A DNA stretch of 64,000 nucleotides, taken from positions 18,228,001 to 18,292,000 of the forward strand of contig NC_042999.1 of the NCBI RefSeq assembly GCF_006345805.1, in the 5' to 3' direction. The notes under the pieces were generated by a model, which saw only the letters and a program-made list of their open reading frames with translations, searched no databases and was not told the DNA's origin. The translations under genes and the position numbers were made by a program. The first letter of the stretch is position 1; each line of letters starts with the position of its first letter. Origin of the DNA: Octopus sinensis (taxonomy: Eukaryota). Positions 1-13,834 of this stretch are shown piece by piece.

Positions 1-168
1 CGCAACCGATGCTGGTGTCTTTACGTCCCCGTAACATACCGGTTCGGCAAAGAGACCGATGTAATAAGTACTTGGCTTACAAAAAAACAAATCCTGGGGT
101 CGATTTGCTCGACAAAAGAAAATGCTCCAGCATGGCCACAGTCAAATGACTGAAACAAGTAAAGAGTA
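1..168 (+). mobile_element. SINE family B, 3' part (cut by window edge)
   Basis: Same sequence as the 3' half of the full copies at 50779-51140 and 62030-62445 (caaccgatgctggtgt...cggttcggcaa...gtcctggggtcgatttgctcgac...gctccagcatggccacagtcaaatgactgaaacaagt). Confidence 0.85.
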
Positions 169-477
169 ATGGGTATACATTTAATCGGGAAAAATAGGTA
201 TGTCTATTAAGTTAATATTCTCTAGCCATGTTGCACTTCTCTCCACAGAAATCTATGTTATACTTGAAGGTTGTCTGAAAGCCAAATAACTTATATAAAC
301 GAAACAGTATATCAGGACACACTAGCGAAATGAAAATATCAAAAACTGAAATAGGACATACACAAAATGAAATAGCTATAGTGATTAATGCAGAAAGGAA
401 GAGAAAAACAAATCGAGGCAAAGAGAGTATGCTGCATCATGTTGGTTCTAGAAACCAACATCATAAGCATTACAAAG

Positions 478-527
478 TGAGAGAGAGAGAGAGAGAGAGA
501 CAGAGACAGAGAGGGAGAGAGAGAGAG
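478..527. repeat. (AG)n microsatellite
   Basis: Direct reading. Confidence 0.95.
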
Positions 528-810
528 TATACTTTTTTACTTCAATTATACGCAAAAGGATATTAGAAGGAATATTAGGCGAATGTGGAAAACATAGGTT
601 TGACTATAAGACTACTATTGCAAAATTTGTGGTATTAAATATTCAATAGTAAAAATGTTCATCTTGAACGTGGAACACAATACTGAAACGGCAATATGAA
701 TATAAACAAACACATGGCCATTGCAGGAATTAGAAACAGAGACACAGAATTATATATCACGTAGATATGTGAAAATATTATTGTAGCAAACAGAAAGGAT
801 ATATATATAT

Positions 811-853
<43 letters not shown>

Positions 854-2196
854 GTGTGTATGTATATAATATAAAGGGTGAAATATAATTAATTTAATGA
901 AATTAATAAATTTCCCCTAGTAGTTTTTTCGGTATGGAAATGACCATATTCGGTAAGAATTATACATAATTGTAATAGGCTGCTATATCTAATATTTCCG
1001 GTATGTGTTTTAAGCAACGTGTTGCAAATAACCCTTTATTATAATTATGTATATATATATGTGAGTGTGTGTATGTGTGTGTGTGTGTGTGTGTGACTGC
1101 GTGTGTATTGTTGCCATATTTCTTTCTCCAAAAGACGAGGACAGGGGAAAGGAGAAATTTCTCCAGTGTAAGACTGGAATATGATAGACGTCACGTAGAT
1201 GAATGTTCCAGGAACTTGAAACCAGAGACCCAGTACAAATGCAGAAAATTACTCTAGCAGCGTATCGAATTTTCCAGTTCACAACCTATGTTCGACAAAT
1301 CTAAAATATCATCCTAAAAGAATGATTATTAATATCTTGGTTTAAATACTATTTCAGATTGATTTTAATGTCTCACAAAATCACAATATGCAATGAATAA
1401 ATCACCAGAGAAAACCGCTGATGAAGTTTGCATACAATATTTAAAGCGTTTCAAATCAAAAACAGTTAATTATGATGAAAATTTAACATATCTATTTCCA
1501 TAACAAAGGCTTTTATCATGTAAGGCAATCCGGGAAGAATACATATTTATATAATACAAATTGACCTTTATAATAATGATTTGATCCAGATATTACATGT
1601 GGCGCCACATCAGCCCTGCTGTTCTCATTATGTTATATTCCTTTAATTTAGTTCAATAACGGAACCCGCTCGATAAATATATTCATGCATGATTTAAAAT
1701 TAACAACAATTATACGTATCATACGGGCCATAGTAATATAATTAAATGAACATCATGTAAATTTAGTCTTTCAAAATTTGACACTTACCATGCAGGGGCA
1801 CAGGCGTCAAAGACAATGGAACGCCTCACCAAAATTGAGTCATATGCTATCGGTTATTAATGGATCAAAATGATAGTAAACCTGATGGGAATTGAAACAG
1901 TAAAGTTAAACAGATACTAAGAGGAATTTCATCTGATGCAGTACTAGTTACTTCTTCAAGGGATTTTTTATGCAAAAACAGTAGTTATGCCTTTAGTAAA
2001 ATAAGTAGAAAATAGTTAAACGTAAACTTAACTGTACCTAATATAGGATAATATGAGAAAGAATGTTGTACAATTACTTGCTGACGACTCTGCTCAAATG
2101 ATGTATCTAGAGTGATCAAATATGTGCGGTACATTAGTATACGCCCTCAAACCAATCGACGTTGAACAGGCGAACAGTGTAATGCACATCAGATTT

Positions 2197-2609
2197 CGAG
2201 CTGGCAGAAACTTTAGCATGCCAGGCGAAATGCTTAGCGGTATTTCGTCTGCCGTTACGTTATGAGTTCAAATTCCACCGAGGTCGACCTTGCCTTTCAT
2301 CCTTTCGGGGTCGATAATTTTAGGTATCAGTTACGCTCTGGGCTCGATGTAATCGACTTAATCCGTTTGTCTGTCCTTGTTTGTCCCCTCTGTGTTTAGT
2401 CCCTTGTGGGTAATAAAGAAACATGTATTTCGTTTGCCGATACGTTCTGACTTCAAATTCCGCCGAGGTTGACATTGCCTTTCATCCTCTCAGCATCGAT
2501 TAAATGAGTACCAGTTACACACTGGGGTCGATATAATCGACTTAATCCGTTTGTCTGGCCTTGTTTGTCTGACCTGTTTTTAGCCTGTTGTGGGTAGTAA
2601 AGAAATAGG
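2197..2609 (+). mobile_element. SINE family A, one tRNA-like head plus two tandem body units
   Basis: Head cgagctggcagaaac..., B-box-like gagttcaaattcc, central gcctttcatcctttcggggtcgataa, tail ...tgtgggtagtaaagaaata. The body from gtatttcgt onward is repeated from ~2424 to 2609. Confidence 0.9.
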
Positions 2610-2621
2610 ATATCAAAGTTA

Positions 2622-2744
2622 CTGCAGGGCAAAGTGAGATGAAATAGTTATCAAAAGAACGCCACGCACTACACTATCCAGTAATTGAATCCATGATATC
2701 AGGAAAGTTTTTGCAACATTCTAACCACTAAACCATGCGCCCCC
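2622..2744 (-). mobile_element. Degraded tRNA-derived SINE head
   Basis: Minus strand ggggcgcatggtttagtggttag (A-box-like) ... ggattcaattactgg (B-box-like); resembles the family C/D heads. Confidence 0.5.
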
Positions 2745-3395
2745 TGTCTTTGATATAAACATGTAATAACGTCATTAACATATCAAGTTGACTGCCTTCA
2801 AATTATTAATGATATTTTTTCGACTGAAATCAAATTCACCAAAATATAAATGCAAACCAAAATATGAAGAATTCGATTAATGCATTGCAATTCATAAGCA
2901 ATCGTACATTGACAAATAAAATATCGTATCTCTAATACATATTAGAATATTAGGCAGTCACTCAGGTATAAACTTAAAACGTTTCATTTCCATTTGTCTA
3001 TATGCTACCATCCACCGAGAAGAGTTACTTATGAGGGAATTCAATTGAAATATTATGGACAATGTAAAAGGAATAATTTAAAAGACGGGGACTTCTTTAG
3101 TATGTTATTTTGAACAGTATGCTCTGACATAGATGATAGAAGTAGCAATAAATGGTACAAGTGTGTGAGTGTGTCTTGCTTAAATGCGTGTTTAAGTTTT
3201 GAAGGAAACAGTGCTGGCGTATAATCGCTATTGACATTGTAAATTATCCGACGTTTATTTTAGACGATTTCCCGTAAAAGAATGTAACGCACAACCTAAT
3301 GGATAATGCGATTGTCGATGAAAATGCTTACTTGCACATGTTTTCCCATACATATACACACGCGAACATATAAACACACGCACAAATACTATCTC

Positions 3396-3505
3396 ACACA
3401 CACACACACATATATAATATATATATATATATACGAATATATATAAATACATAGATATATAGATATATAGATATATACATATATATAAACACATATAAAC
3501 GCACA

Positions 3506-3576
<71 letters not shown>

Positions 3577-3582
3577 CACATA
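3396..3582. repeat. (CA)n/(TA)n microsatellite array
   Basis: Direct reading. Confidence 0.95.
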
Positions 3583-3750
3583 TAGGGAGAGTTTACGAAA
3601 AAACAAACGACGAAGATAGGTGGTGTACAAAACAAACAGATGTACTTGTATAACGCTTAGTAATAGAAAAAAGATTTTACGATTCGAGCCTACGCTCTTC
3701 TACAGAAAGGGACACAGAAAAAACAAGGAGATAAACAAGGGGAGAAATAG
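3583..3750 (-). mobile_element. Dispersed ~170-bp repeat (Penelope pseudo-LTR-like) with a variant hammerhead motif at 3675-3708
   Basis: Homologous to 19900-20070, 38940-39112 and 53720-53778. Minus strand ttt-CTGTAGA-A-GAGC gtag GCTC-GAATC-GTA-aaa. The Penelope link is inferred from the hammerhead-like motif. Confidence 0.6.
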
Positions 3751-4546
3751 TGCAAACGCACACCTGTGTATGTATCGCTGTAGATGTAAACACCAGTATG
3801 TATATATGGGAGTTTTCTCACGGTTTGTGCCAACCAATCCCCGCTCACAAAAAATTAGACATAACACCCAGAGTTGAAATCAATTACAAAATTAAATACG
3901 GAATTATATCAAATTCCGAATATTTGCATTTGAAACGAACTTCATAACCACGGATTTACGCAAAATATTTTTTTAAAAATCAATCCAGCCCTGTGTTATG
4001 TATCTTGATGCAACTTATTTACTGCAATATGGAAAATTAAATTCTTCTGGAATTAGAATCATAAGAGATATGTATATGTAAATAATATATGCAGAGTGTA
4101 GTTTTTAACAGAAATGGATATTTTAAATATCATTTATTTATTTATTTATCTTTATACTTATTGATTACATGTGTTATTTTATTTTTATCCTACTTTCCGG
4201 AGCCATGCATTATTAATATATTGCCGAGAGAAATATATTCTTCGTAAATGAGAATTCCTATTGCTTTAACTAAAAATATATGAGCGGAAAATATACATAC
4301 ACACAAACAATTATATCCACATATGCACACGTTCAGAGAGACACATATATGCATGAGCATGTATACACTGTATGACATATATTTATATTTACACCACACA
4401 AACACGCGAAAATGAGCATTATATTTTTGTATACATTTATTTTATGTGTGTGTGTATGTTTGTGTATGTGTGCTTGTCTTGTGGGTGTGTGCGTGTAGGC
4501 ATATATACATATATATTATGAGTATAAATATATATATGAATATATG

Positions 4547-4593
<47 letters not shown>

Positions 4594-4784
4594 ATGTGTG
4601 TGTGTGCATGCGTGTGTGTGTGTATGTACATATTTATCTATAAACACTCGCATGATATAAACAATATATGTATATACATGATATGATATATTATGTTAAA
4701 ACAGTTAATTCCAACACTCACAATAATCTAACCATTAAAATTCTGAGAAAATTTCGCTTCTTCGTGGATCGCCAGCAGCGCGTT

Positions 4785-4976
4785 AATAATTGATGAAATG
4801 GTGTTGGTTATCAGAAGCATGATTGCTAAATATAGCTTCCCAAGAATATTTGAAGAAGGAATATTATTCTGAAATATCATATCAGACTATGGATGACTAA
4901 GTTGCAACAGGTATATAGCCCATTGTCCGTGTTAAAGGTTCATAGGTCGTGGTTGTACCATTCGAAACGTTTTATT
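4785..4976 (+). ncRNA. Degenerate type I hammerhead-like motif with a long stem II insertion
   Basis: aataa-TTGATGA-aatggt...(~155 nt)...accatt-c-GAAAC-GTT-ttatt; stem I 5 bp and stem II 6 bp pair by eye. Confidence 0.4.
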
Positions 4977-5290
4977 CTTTATATATATATATATATATAT
5001 GTATATGTGTGTGCGTGTGTGTGTGTGTGTGTGTGTATGTATATGTATACATATATATAAAAATTAAAAGATTGAGATAAAACAATCCAAGGCTGTGGAT
5101 AGTTTTAAGCTGTTTCAGAGGCGATGCGCGAAAATGTTTAAGTAATAGTTATTATAGAGAAGATATGAAATACAGAGTGAAGTGGAGGAATTAAAGAGGA
5201 CGTGAGATACGTAAGGATATTGTATTTGCAGTACCATTAATTAAGCAGAATGGTGTGTATATATATATATGTTTTCTGTACCTTTTATGT

Positions 5291-5323
<33 letters not shown>

Positions 5324-8027
5324 ACACACACACATATATATATATATAGATATACATATATCTATATATATACATAATCATATACATATATATATATATA
5401 TATTCACATATGTAACTATACATATACATATACAACTATACATATACATACATATATATGTAAATGCATATATATATACATATATATATATATGTATATA
5501 TATATATACATAATACATACATACATACATATATATATACATATACACACGCATACATATTTATATATTTGTATGTATTTGTTTATAATATATAAATGTG
5601 TGACTTCCATAAATGACGAAAAATTTCTTTGCACGTGATTTACGTTGTGAAAGGCGTTGTCTTCCACACAAATGATGTGCACTGTACTCTATGGAATGCT
5701 TTGATTGATGTAAAATTACTAGGACCCTGTTATTCCATATACTTTATCTATCCATTCTACAATGTATCGCGTGAGTCGGCCTCTGTCCTGACTGTTCTGT
5801 TTCCGACTACAAGAGTCTATAAGTTACCGACGTAAATGTTTAGAACAGGTGCCAATCTCTTGGCTGACAGCGGAACCAAATTTTCACATAGATGTGCCAA
5901 GATGTACTGTAAATTGTTATAAATTTTGCCCTCTATGCATGTCGTTTGCCAACAGCAACACTAACTCGCATCTGCAAAGACTGTATGTACTTTCGTTCTG
6001 CTATCATTTGCAGTAGACATTTGCAAATATGTCACTGAAAAATATATAGCAGGTGTAGTGAACTGTAGAGCATAAATTCCAGTCCTTGCGAATTCTTCCG
6101 TATGCATGCACCCAACGCTTCACGCCGAAATCTGCATCTGCAGCAAAGATTGGTGTCAACCCATCCAGCTGTACGGAGATGTCTACCCCCCAACTCCAGT
6201 AATGTCTTAGCAATTAAGTTAAGTGCTACGCAGAGCTGTAAAGTTTTACAAGGAATCGAGTACTAAATGCCCCATTCCGTAATATCATAAGGCAGTATGA
6301 ACAACACAAAAATTAATTTTGTGCAAGACAGTGTAATTATATACGAATTATATATTAAAATCGTTTCTATCAGATCGTAATCTCCTAAAAATATGATGTA
6401 AAATTTATTTTTATTCAATAGATTAATAGTATAGTGACGGTTAATATCAACTTTATCTCTATACCAATATTTATACAGCTGCATATAAAATATTAGTACA
6501 TACCACAATGTGAAACGCCTGACAAATTACTTGCTATTTTATTTACGTTGAATTGACGGATGTCACGCTTAGACGGGTCGCTGAGTATTTCACTCAATCG
6601 ACAGTAATATCGTAGAATTACCTGTCGCCGTATCACGCAAATAAGATGATATTCAGTACTCTGGACAGTATAACCAGACTTAACAATTGGATGGCTTTTG
6701 CGTCTATGACAAACGATAAATATATCTCCAAATGCGCAATTGTTGTTATTATATATTCGTTGTGGCGGTAGGCGAAACTATCAAAAACGTCAAGAAATTT
6801 TATTTTAGACATTTCAGGTTTTACCGTGACAACAAAATAATACCATATGAATACGAGTAGCAAATAATATTTCAACCGAACATGAAATTATGTGTGAGTT
6901 GGATAAATCAGTATTTCATAGGATATTGGAGGATTTCACAGGCTGTTTTGACGCATGTCATACAAAAACTATTTTGTATTTATCTGCCTGAGATACGTTT
7001 AATACTATAACGAAGAATAACAACGGCGTAACACTTGGTCAAATTTTATCTCATCACATGTCACCATCCAGTAAAACGTATTGATTATTGGTTTGGGCAG
7101 ATTATAGGGTAACGACAGTTAATTCTAATTTCCCTTTTGCAATTTTCATCAATATTGACAAATACCCGCTACTTACAAGCGATAATTCAATGGTTTAAGG
7201 TCGTTGAAATTTATGTGATGCAGTGCAGATATTCGGACTAAATATATGAGTAAAAGCATTGATAGTATTGCTGAACTTTCTGATTTCCATTTTAGAAAAG
7301 ACTTCTGTGTGTGTCTTATGCCAAACATACTTTGTGCTTTCTTAAATGAACTTTTGTATGAAATGCGCATCACACATCTTTACTCGTGACATTTATAAAT
7401 ATTAGAAGAAATGAAATCGGTGCATATAAATATTGAAAAGCTTTGTAAAAATAATGTAAAATGACTTTATAAAAAGTAATAGTTTGACTTGTAGTTACAA
7501 TCTACGGGGATTTGTGCAAAATTACCCAGGGTGTTATGTATTTTGTTCTCAATAACCTTCAAGCAATGTGAAATGTCACGAATGCATTCCTGAGATGTTC
7601 ATAATTGTGTAGATAAAGGGGAAAAAGGCTTCTGTTATTTCTCTTTTGAAATATGCAGAAAGAAAAGAAAATATATCCATCATTCGGGTAAAAATGCTGG
7701 AAGTTATCGACATCAAATGAGTTATAAAACATATTTCGATAAAGAAATAATGTAAAATAGACGCTGTACACTTTCACTAATAGGTGGAATAAATTTTATA
7801 CGGAGAATAGATTTTACTATATTTGGAAGTGAAGAAAGGCTATTAAATAACTGTTCATATGATTTAAGAAAAACGTATTTATTGCTTGCAAAAGTTTTGA
7901 ATCTAGACTTAACAAAACCATGCAAGAAATTTATTATTCACAAGTTCTACGTTTTCACTCAATATAACTATCACGCAAACGCTCTCTGCTCACTGTATCT
8001 CTTTATTTAACACTATTGTGTAAAAGA

Positions 8028-8642
<615 letters not shown>

Positions 8643-9099
8643 CAGTATTACTTTGTAGAAGTGGTTTTTGCCTGTATTCTTGTAAGGATGAAATGAAGAA
8701 ATTTACTACACCGGAAGGAGTCAGAAATCGTTTACGAAACGTAATTAAGAAATGTTGTAGCAAAATGTAGACTTATATCCAAGAATATATTGCGTATAAT
8801 GAATTTGACGTTAGTGAACACAGTTTTTTTAAGGAGAAAGAGACTGCAAAATTTAATTTTAAATATACAGTCTCAAAGTTTTACTCGGGAGATTGATATT
8901 TCAAGGAATGTTGATCATTACTTATTGCGCATTGAAATATAATTTTGATATAAGAGAATAATCAAGGTATATAATATGATAAAAATAATATTATATTTCT
9001 TAAAAAAGCATGAAAGTAATATATTTAATGTCGTCAAAGAATTGAAAAAGAATAAGGTTATCATATATGTTAATATTTTATAACATTTTCGTATTCCAT

Positions 9100-9134
<35 letters not shown>

Positions 9135-9619
9135 TTGCTACTACTAGTGTTGCTGCTGCTGCTGTTGCTGCAGCTAATCAAAATAATAATCCTTTCTACT
9201 TTAGTTCCCAACACTGAAACTTTCTCTAAACAACTGGAACTTACGTTATCGTACGTGTTATATCATATTATCATATAATATTCGCAACAATGTGATACTG
9301 GTAACGAAAGTTACACGAATATACATCGATCGTTTGCGAGAAGCACATAATTTTTTGCAAGGTGAACTTTCCTGTAAGTATATGATTTCTACAAATAGAG
9401 AAATGGGTGCGTGGTGTTGAATCATATGATAATATAAATAAACGTAAACAACAGGAAATACAGAAATAAATTTGTGCACGCAAACTACGACAGAAACAGG
9501 TGGAAAACAATACAAGAAACTTAAAGAATGACCTTTCATCAGTTGTCGGTTGTTCTTCTACTCTTTGAACGAAAATATAAGCATTGAACGAAAATATAAG
9601 ACTTTGAAGGCAGTTGCTC

Positions 9620-10190
9620 CCGCGAGCCATAATATAATTTGGGTTATACGGAGGGTCAAATTTGGTAACAAATTCCTAACTTCCCCCGACTATATCGTTA
9701 GCCCGTCCATACATCTGATTTTGCCTCTCTTCAAGACAAACACACCACGCTTTGTCAGTCCGAACTCCATTCTGATTGCATCGCAGTAGGTATACACCGG
9801 ATCAACGAGTGAACTGACTTGGGCTTTATCTCTACCATAAAGGTCGTCCTTCAATAACAAATGGTTATTGGCGGCTGTTGAATACATACTTTTTGAATAC
9901 AGCTTTTGCTTTCCTCAGAATCAGTGTTAGTGTTATCAAGCACAATACAAAGATCAGTGGGGACAGGCAGTCCACTTGGAACATGCCCCTCCTAATTTAT
10001 ACTGTCCCTAATCTTCTTCCGTATGCTATCAAGCCCGTCCTTCAATTCGCCATACTTTTTCGAAGCAATCGCTGAATATTCGATGCAATGCGAAATAGGT
10101 TCATATACTCCATAATCCAAGAATGTGGGATCATATCGTACGCCTAACGATAGTCGATCCATGACATGGCTAAGCTACTTTTCCTCCTCT
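9620..10190 (-). mobile_element. R4/Dong-type non-LTR retrotransposon reverse transcriptase fragment (pseudogenised)
   Basis: Minus-strand translation gives WIDYR*AYDMIPHSWIMEYM, IRRGMFQVDCLSPLIFVLCLITLTLILRKAK and NNHLLLKDDLYGRDKAQVSSLV...IRMEFGLTKRGVFVLKRGKI. These match RT motifs (D-x-x-KAYD, QGD-LSP, FMDD) in the form typical of R4-clade elements; stops and frameshifts present. Confidence 0.85.
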
Positions 10191-10196
10191 TGCAGT

Positions 10197-10199
10197 CTT

Positions 10200-10291
<92 letters not shown>

Positions 10292-10380
10292 TATTATTAT
10301 TCTTTTTCTTCTTCTTGTTGTTGTTGCTGTTGTTGTTGTTCTTCTTCTTCTTACTTCTACTTTTTCCACTTCTTCTCCTT

Positions 10381-10461
<81 letters not shown>
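10197..10461. repeat. Compound (CTT)n(TAT)n(GTT)n trinucleotide array
   Basis: Direct reading. Confidence 0.95.
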
Positions 10462-10528
10462 GAGTGAGAGAGCAATGCATGCCATCAAAGTGACATTGGG
10501 GTAAATTATACGAAGCCCAGTATAGCCA
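10462..10528 (-). mobile_element. Short retroelement 3' tail ending in ctctcactc(AAT)n
   Basis: Near-identical to 58931-59037 (gagtgagagagca...tgccatcaaagtgaca.tggggtaaa.tatacgaagccca.tata); abuts (TTA)n. Confidence 0.7.
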
Positions 10529-10584
10529 TTATAATAATGATAATAATTATCATAATTATTATTATTAATATCATTAAAGGAACG

Positions 10585-10700
10585 AATTAGCAGAATCATC
10601 AGCACGCCGTGCAAAATGCTTAGCAGAATTTCGTTCGACTATTGGTACTAGATTTAGATTTCGACTACTTTAACTTTCATCCCTTCGGTTCCAGTCGCGT
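10585..10700 (+). mobile_element. Old degraded SINE family A-related copy
   Basis: agcagaatcatcagcacgccgtgcaaaatgcttagc...actttcatcccttcgg resembles the family A head and core. Confidence 0.5.
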
Positions 10701-10752
10701 AGAGAAGATTTCAGGATTTGTAACTAAAGTAGAAATAATTATTTTGATTAGC

Positions 10753-10868
10753 TGCAGCAGCAGCAGCAGTAGCAGTAGCAGTAGCAGTAGTAGTAGTAGT
10801 AGTAGTAGTAGTAGAGTAGTAGTAGTAGTGTAGTAGTAGTAGTAGTAATAGTAGTAGTAGTAGTAGTA
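10753..10868. repeat. (CAG)n/(TAG)n array
   Basis: Direct reading. Confidence 0.95.
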
Positions 10869-11546
10869 ATCGAATACGAAGATGTTTTGTTACATCAAAT
10901 GTACAATCTAATATATTAAATATTAAAACATATAGCTGGAATAATTCTCGATTGGTAGACGTAATTGAAACTGCAGACAGTTGGTGTAAGGTACACATCT
11001 AATCTTCGAAATGTTTGCGAAATCTCATGCGCAAGAAAGCTTGTAAACAAATGACGGTAGCAAATCCATTATAAAATAATGAGCGCCAAGTAATAACGTG
11101 TTGATATTTGCAGAAACAAATAGAAAATGTCAAGATAAAGCAGTGTTTGAAAGTCAATCATATCATCGGAATATTATGACGAGATTGCATGTCAGGTCTA
11201 GCGGAAAAGAAATAAATATATTGATACAAACAAAATAAGGAAAAGTAAATGCAATTCTTCTGTGAACTAGGTCGAAATGAGTGGACATCAATTCATTGTA
11301 TATGTTAAGAACGAAACATGCATTACAGACATTAGATTATGCGTGTTATTTACAATTGATGGAAATGTACAGCCACTTGGCCTTTTATGTTTTTCTATGG
11401 ATTTTATCTGTAGTGTATGACATTTCATCATCTGCTGAAATCTGTTCTGAAGAAGCATGACATTTTCAAATTTATTAGCAGCAAACCTGTTGTCACACGC
11501 ATTAACAAACACCTTTATGCATACCTATTTATACATATATAATATA

Positions 11547-11590
<44 letters not shown>

Positions 11591-11666
11591 CATACATACA
11601 CATATATATATATGTGTATGTGTGTGTGTGTGAGAGAGAGAGTATACATACACATACATATATATG

Positions 11667-11735
<69 letters not shown>

Positions 11736-12229
11736 TATATATAGTAAGTTTTGCATTTACATGCATAGAATTTTTCAATATGCAATTTGCATTATAAGTG
11801 CAGCCTTATGCCACCTTTGAATGTATTCTTATCTAAAAACACTCCTATTTACATACTGCCGCAAACGAGAATTTTCTGCTAAACACACGTTAATACTCTT
11901 AAATATAGATACAAACATTTAGGAATTTGTACTTTATCGTGTGTGTGTATGTGTGTGTGTGTTTGCGTGACCGTGTATGCAAATATAACTATGATAAATC
12001 ATATATACATTTATACATATATATATAAATATATATATATCTGCTAATATACATGTGTAGGTGCATGCGCGTATCATTATTAATGAAATTATTAATAAAA
12101 TTACAAGGTTCTATCTGAAGCTAAATATATGGGAATGCAGATAAAAATCAATAATCACTCCTGTATTCACGCATATATTTACATATATGTGTATACATAA
12201 TTATACATTTAACTATAGACAAACACACA

Positions 12230-12256
12230 TGCCCACACATACATACATATATAAAT

Positions 12257-12338
<82 letters not shown>

Positions 12339-12364
12339 GCGTATATATATATATATATATATAC

Positions 12365-12434
<70 letters not shown>

Positions 12435-12436
12435 CG

Positions 12437-12472
<36 letters not shown>

Positions 12473-12520
12473 ATATAAATAAATGTATAAATGTATAAAT
12501 GTATGTATGTATATGTATAT
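12230..12520. repeat. (TA)n/(CA)n array
   Basis: Direct reading. Confidence 0.95.
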
Positions 12521-13524
12521 AATTCAAGTAGTTTACTTGTCAGCAAAGCACAATATCAGAGAGATGATAAATGCGTAGGTTTCCAATTATTCCTATATAT
12601 AGTCCATATGTATCCGTTCTTTGCGTGTGAATTTCATGTGAAAACATTTTGTCTCATTACGACCTTTACTCTTCGTATATTACCGACCTGACGGAAATGA
12701 AGCTTTATGTTTAGTTTTATGTTTTTTTTTTCTTTTTCTTTATTCAGGAAGACTTCACGATTCATAAGTTTATTTTACGTTTATTTACTTCGAAATATAT
12801 TTTAATGATGCCCGTATGATATGCTTCAAATGCGGCTCTGGAAATTAACAAAATGCATTCAGCGTTGATTTATCTAAGTTACTTTGAGAATTAAATATAT
12901 TGAGATCTTTTCTACTTTGAGAAAGTTGTGTGGAAGGTTTCAAACCTCTCATGGAAAGCCTGTTTAAGCCACCTGAGAAATATTACATTTACGTCGTGTT
13001 CTAAATATTATGTGATATTAGGTGAGGTTTTCCTAAAGACAACACGACCCAGATCTTTTGTCAAGGTATGGTATATATATATGACTTCATTCTTGACATT
13101 CAACGAAAACTTCTATGGTAAGTAAAAAGTTGAAAACAAACAAATGTCAGTGAAGTCTAACAGTTCATATAAGATATCTATTCATATGTGAAAGACAGAA
13201 ATTGTGATATACCAAGAGGTATAATATAGAAAAAATGTAAAGAAAAGATTAGCGAAGGCAAAATAAGAAAAGCGAGGAGGAACCTGTATTGGCAAGTTGC
13301 ACTCATTATACCAACATTTTTAATGAAATCTTAACATTGTAAAAAATGGTGACATATCAATATCTAAAGACATATTGAAGCATTAGTTTTAAAAAGCAGT
13401 ACACTATATGGTGAAATAACATATATAATCTTACACAGCAATTCAATTAATTTGTCTTCAACTAAGAAAGAGTATTGCAACCAGAATGCTACGAGACCTA
13501 TTCCTGGATCGACACTAAAATTTT

Positions 13525-13834
13525 TTTTATGCGCCCTTTTCAAACCTAGCCAGGCTCATACGCCCGGTTTCCTTGTTTCTATGGCATATATATTCCCTAC
13601 CAGCTGGACGGGACGCCAGTCCATCGCAGCATTACTAAAGAAACAGGAAGAAAGAGTGAGAGGAAGTTGGAGCTAACGACTACAATAGGGGTCGCCACCA
13701 TCCCCTGCCGGTGCCTCGTGGATCTTTAGGTGTTGCCGCTCAATAAACACACACAACGCCCGGTCTGGGAATTGAAACCACGATCCTCCGACCGCGAGTC
13801 CGCTGCTCTAACCACTGGACAATTGTGCCTCCAC
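13525..13834 (-). mobile_element. SINE family C (tRNA-Arg-like head), full length
   Basis: Minus strand gtggaggcacaattgtccagtggttagagcagcggactcgcggtcggaggatcgtggtttcaattccc aligns by eye with tRNA-Arg (A box, anticodon arm, B box); body shared with 28297-28606 and 35579-35897. tRNA-Arg-derived OR1/OR2 SINEs are known from octopus, but the identity was not confirmed. Confidence 0.85.

Noticed and set aside
1415-1460. CTGATGA motif as a hammerhead
   Set aside because: No GAAA half-core or closing stems downstream.
1783-1800. acttaccatgcagggg resembling the 5' end of U1 snRNA
   Set aside because: Similarity stops after ~16 nt; no U1 stem-loops or Sm site follow.
13790-13834. tRNA-like heads of SINEs (also 27540, 35579, 62445) as tRNA genes
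   Set aside because: Acceptor stems do not pair and each continues into a repeated SINE body, often with TSDs.
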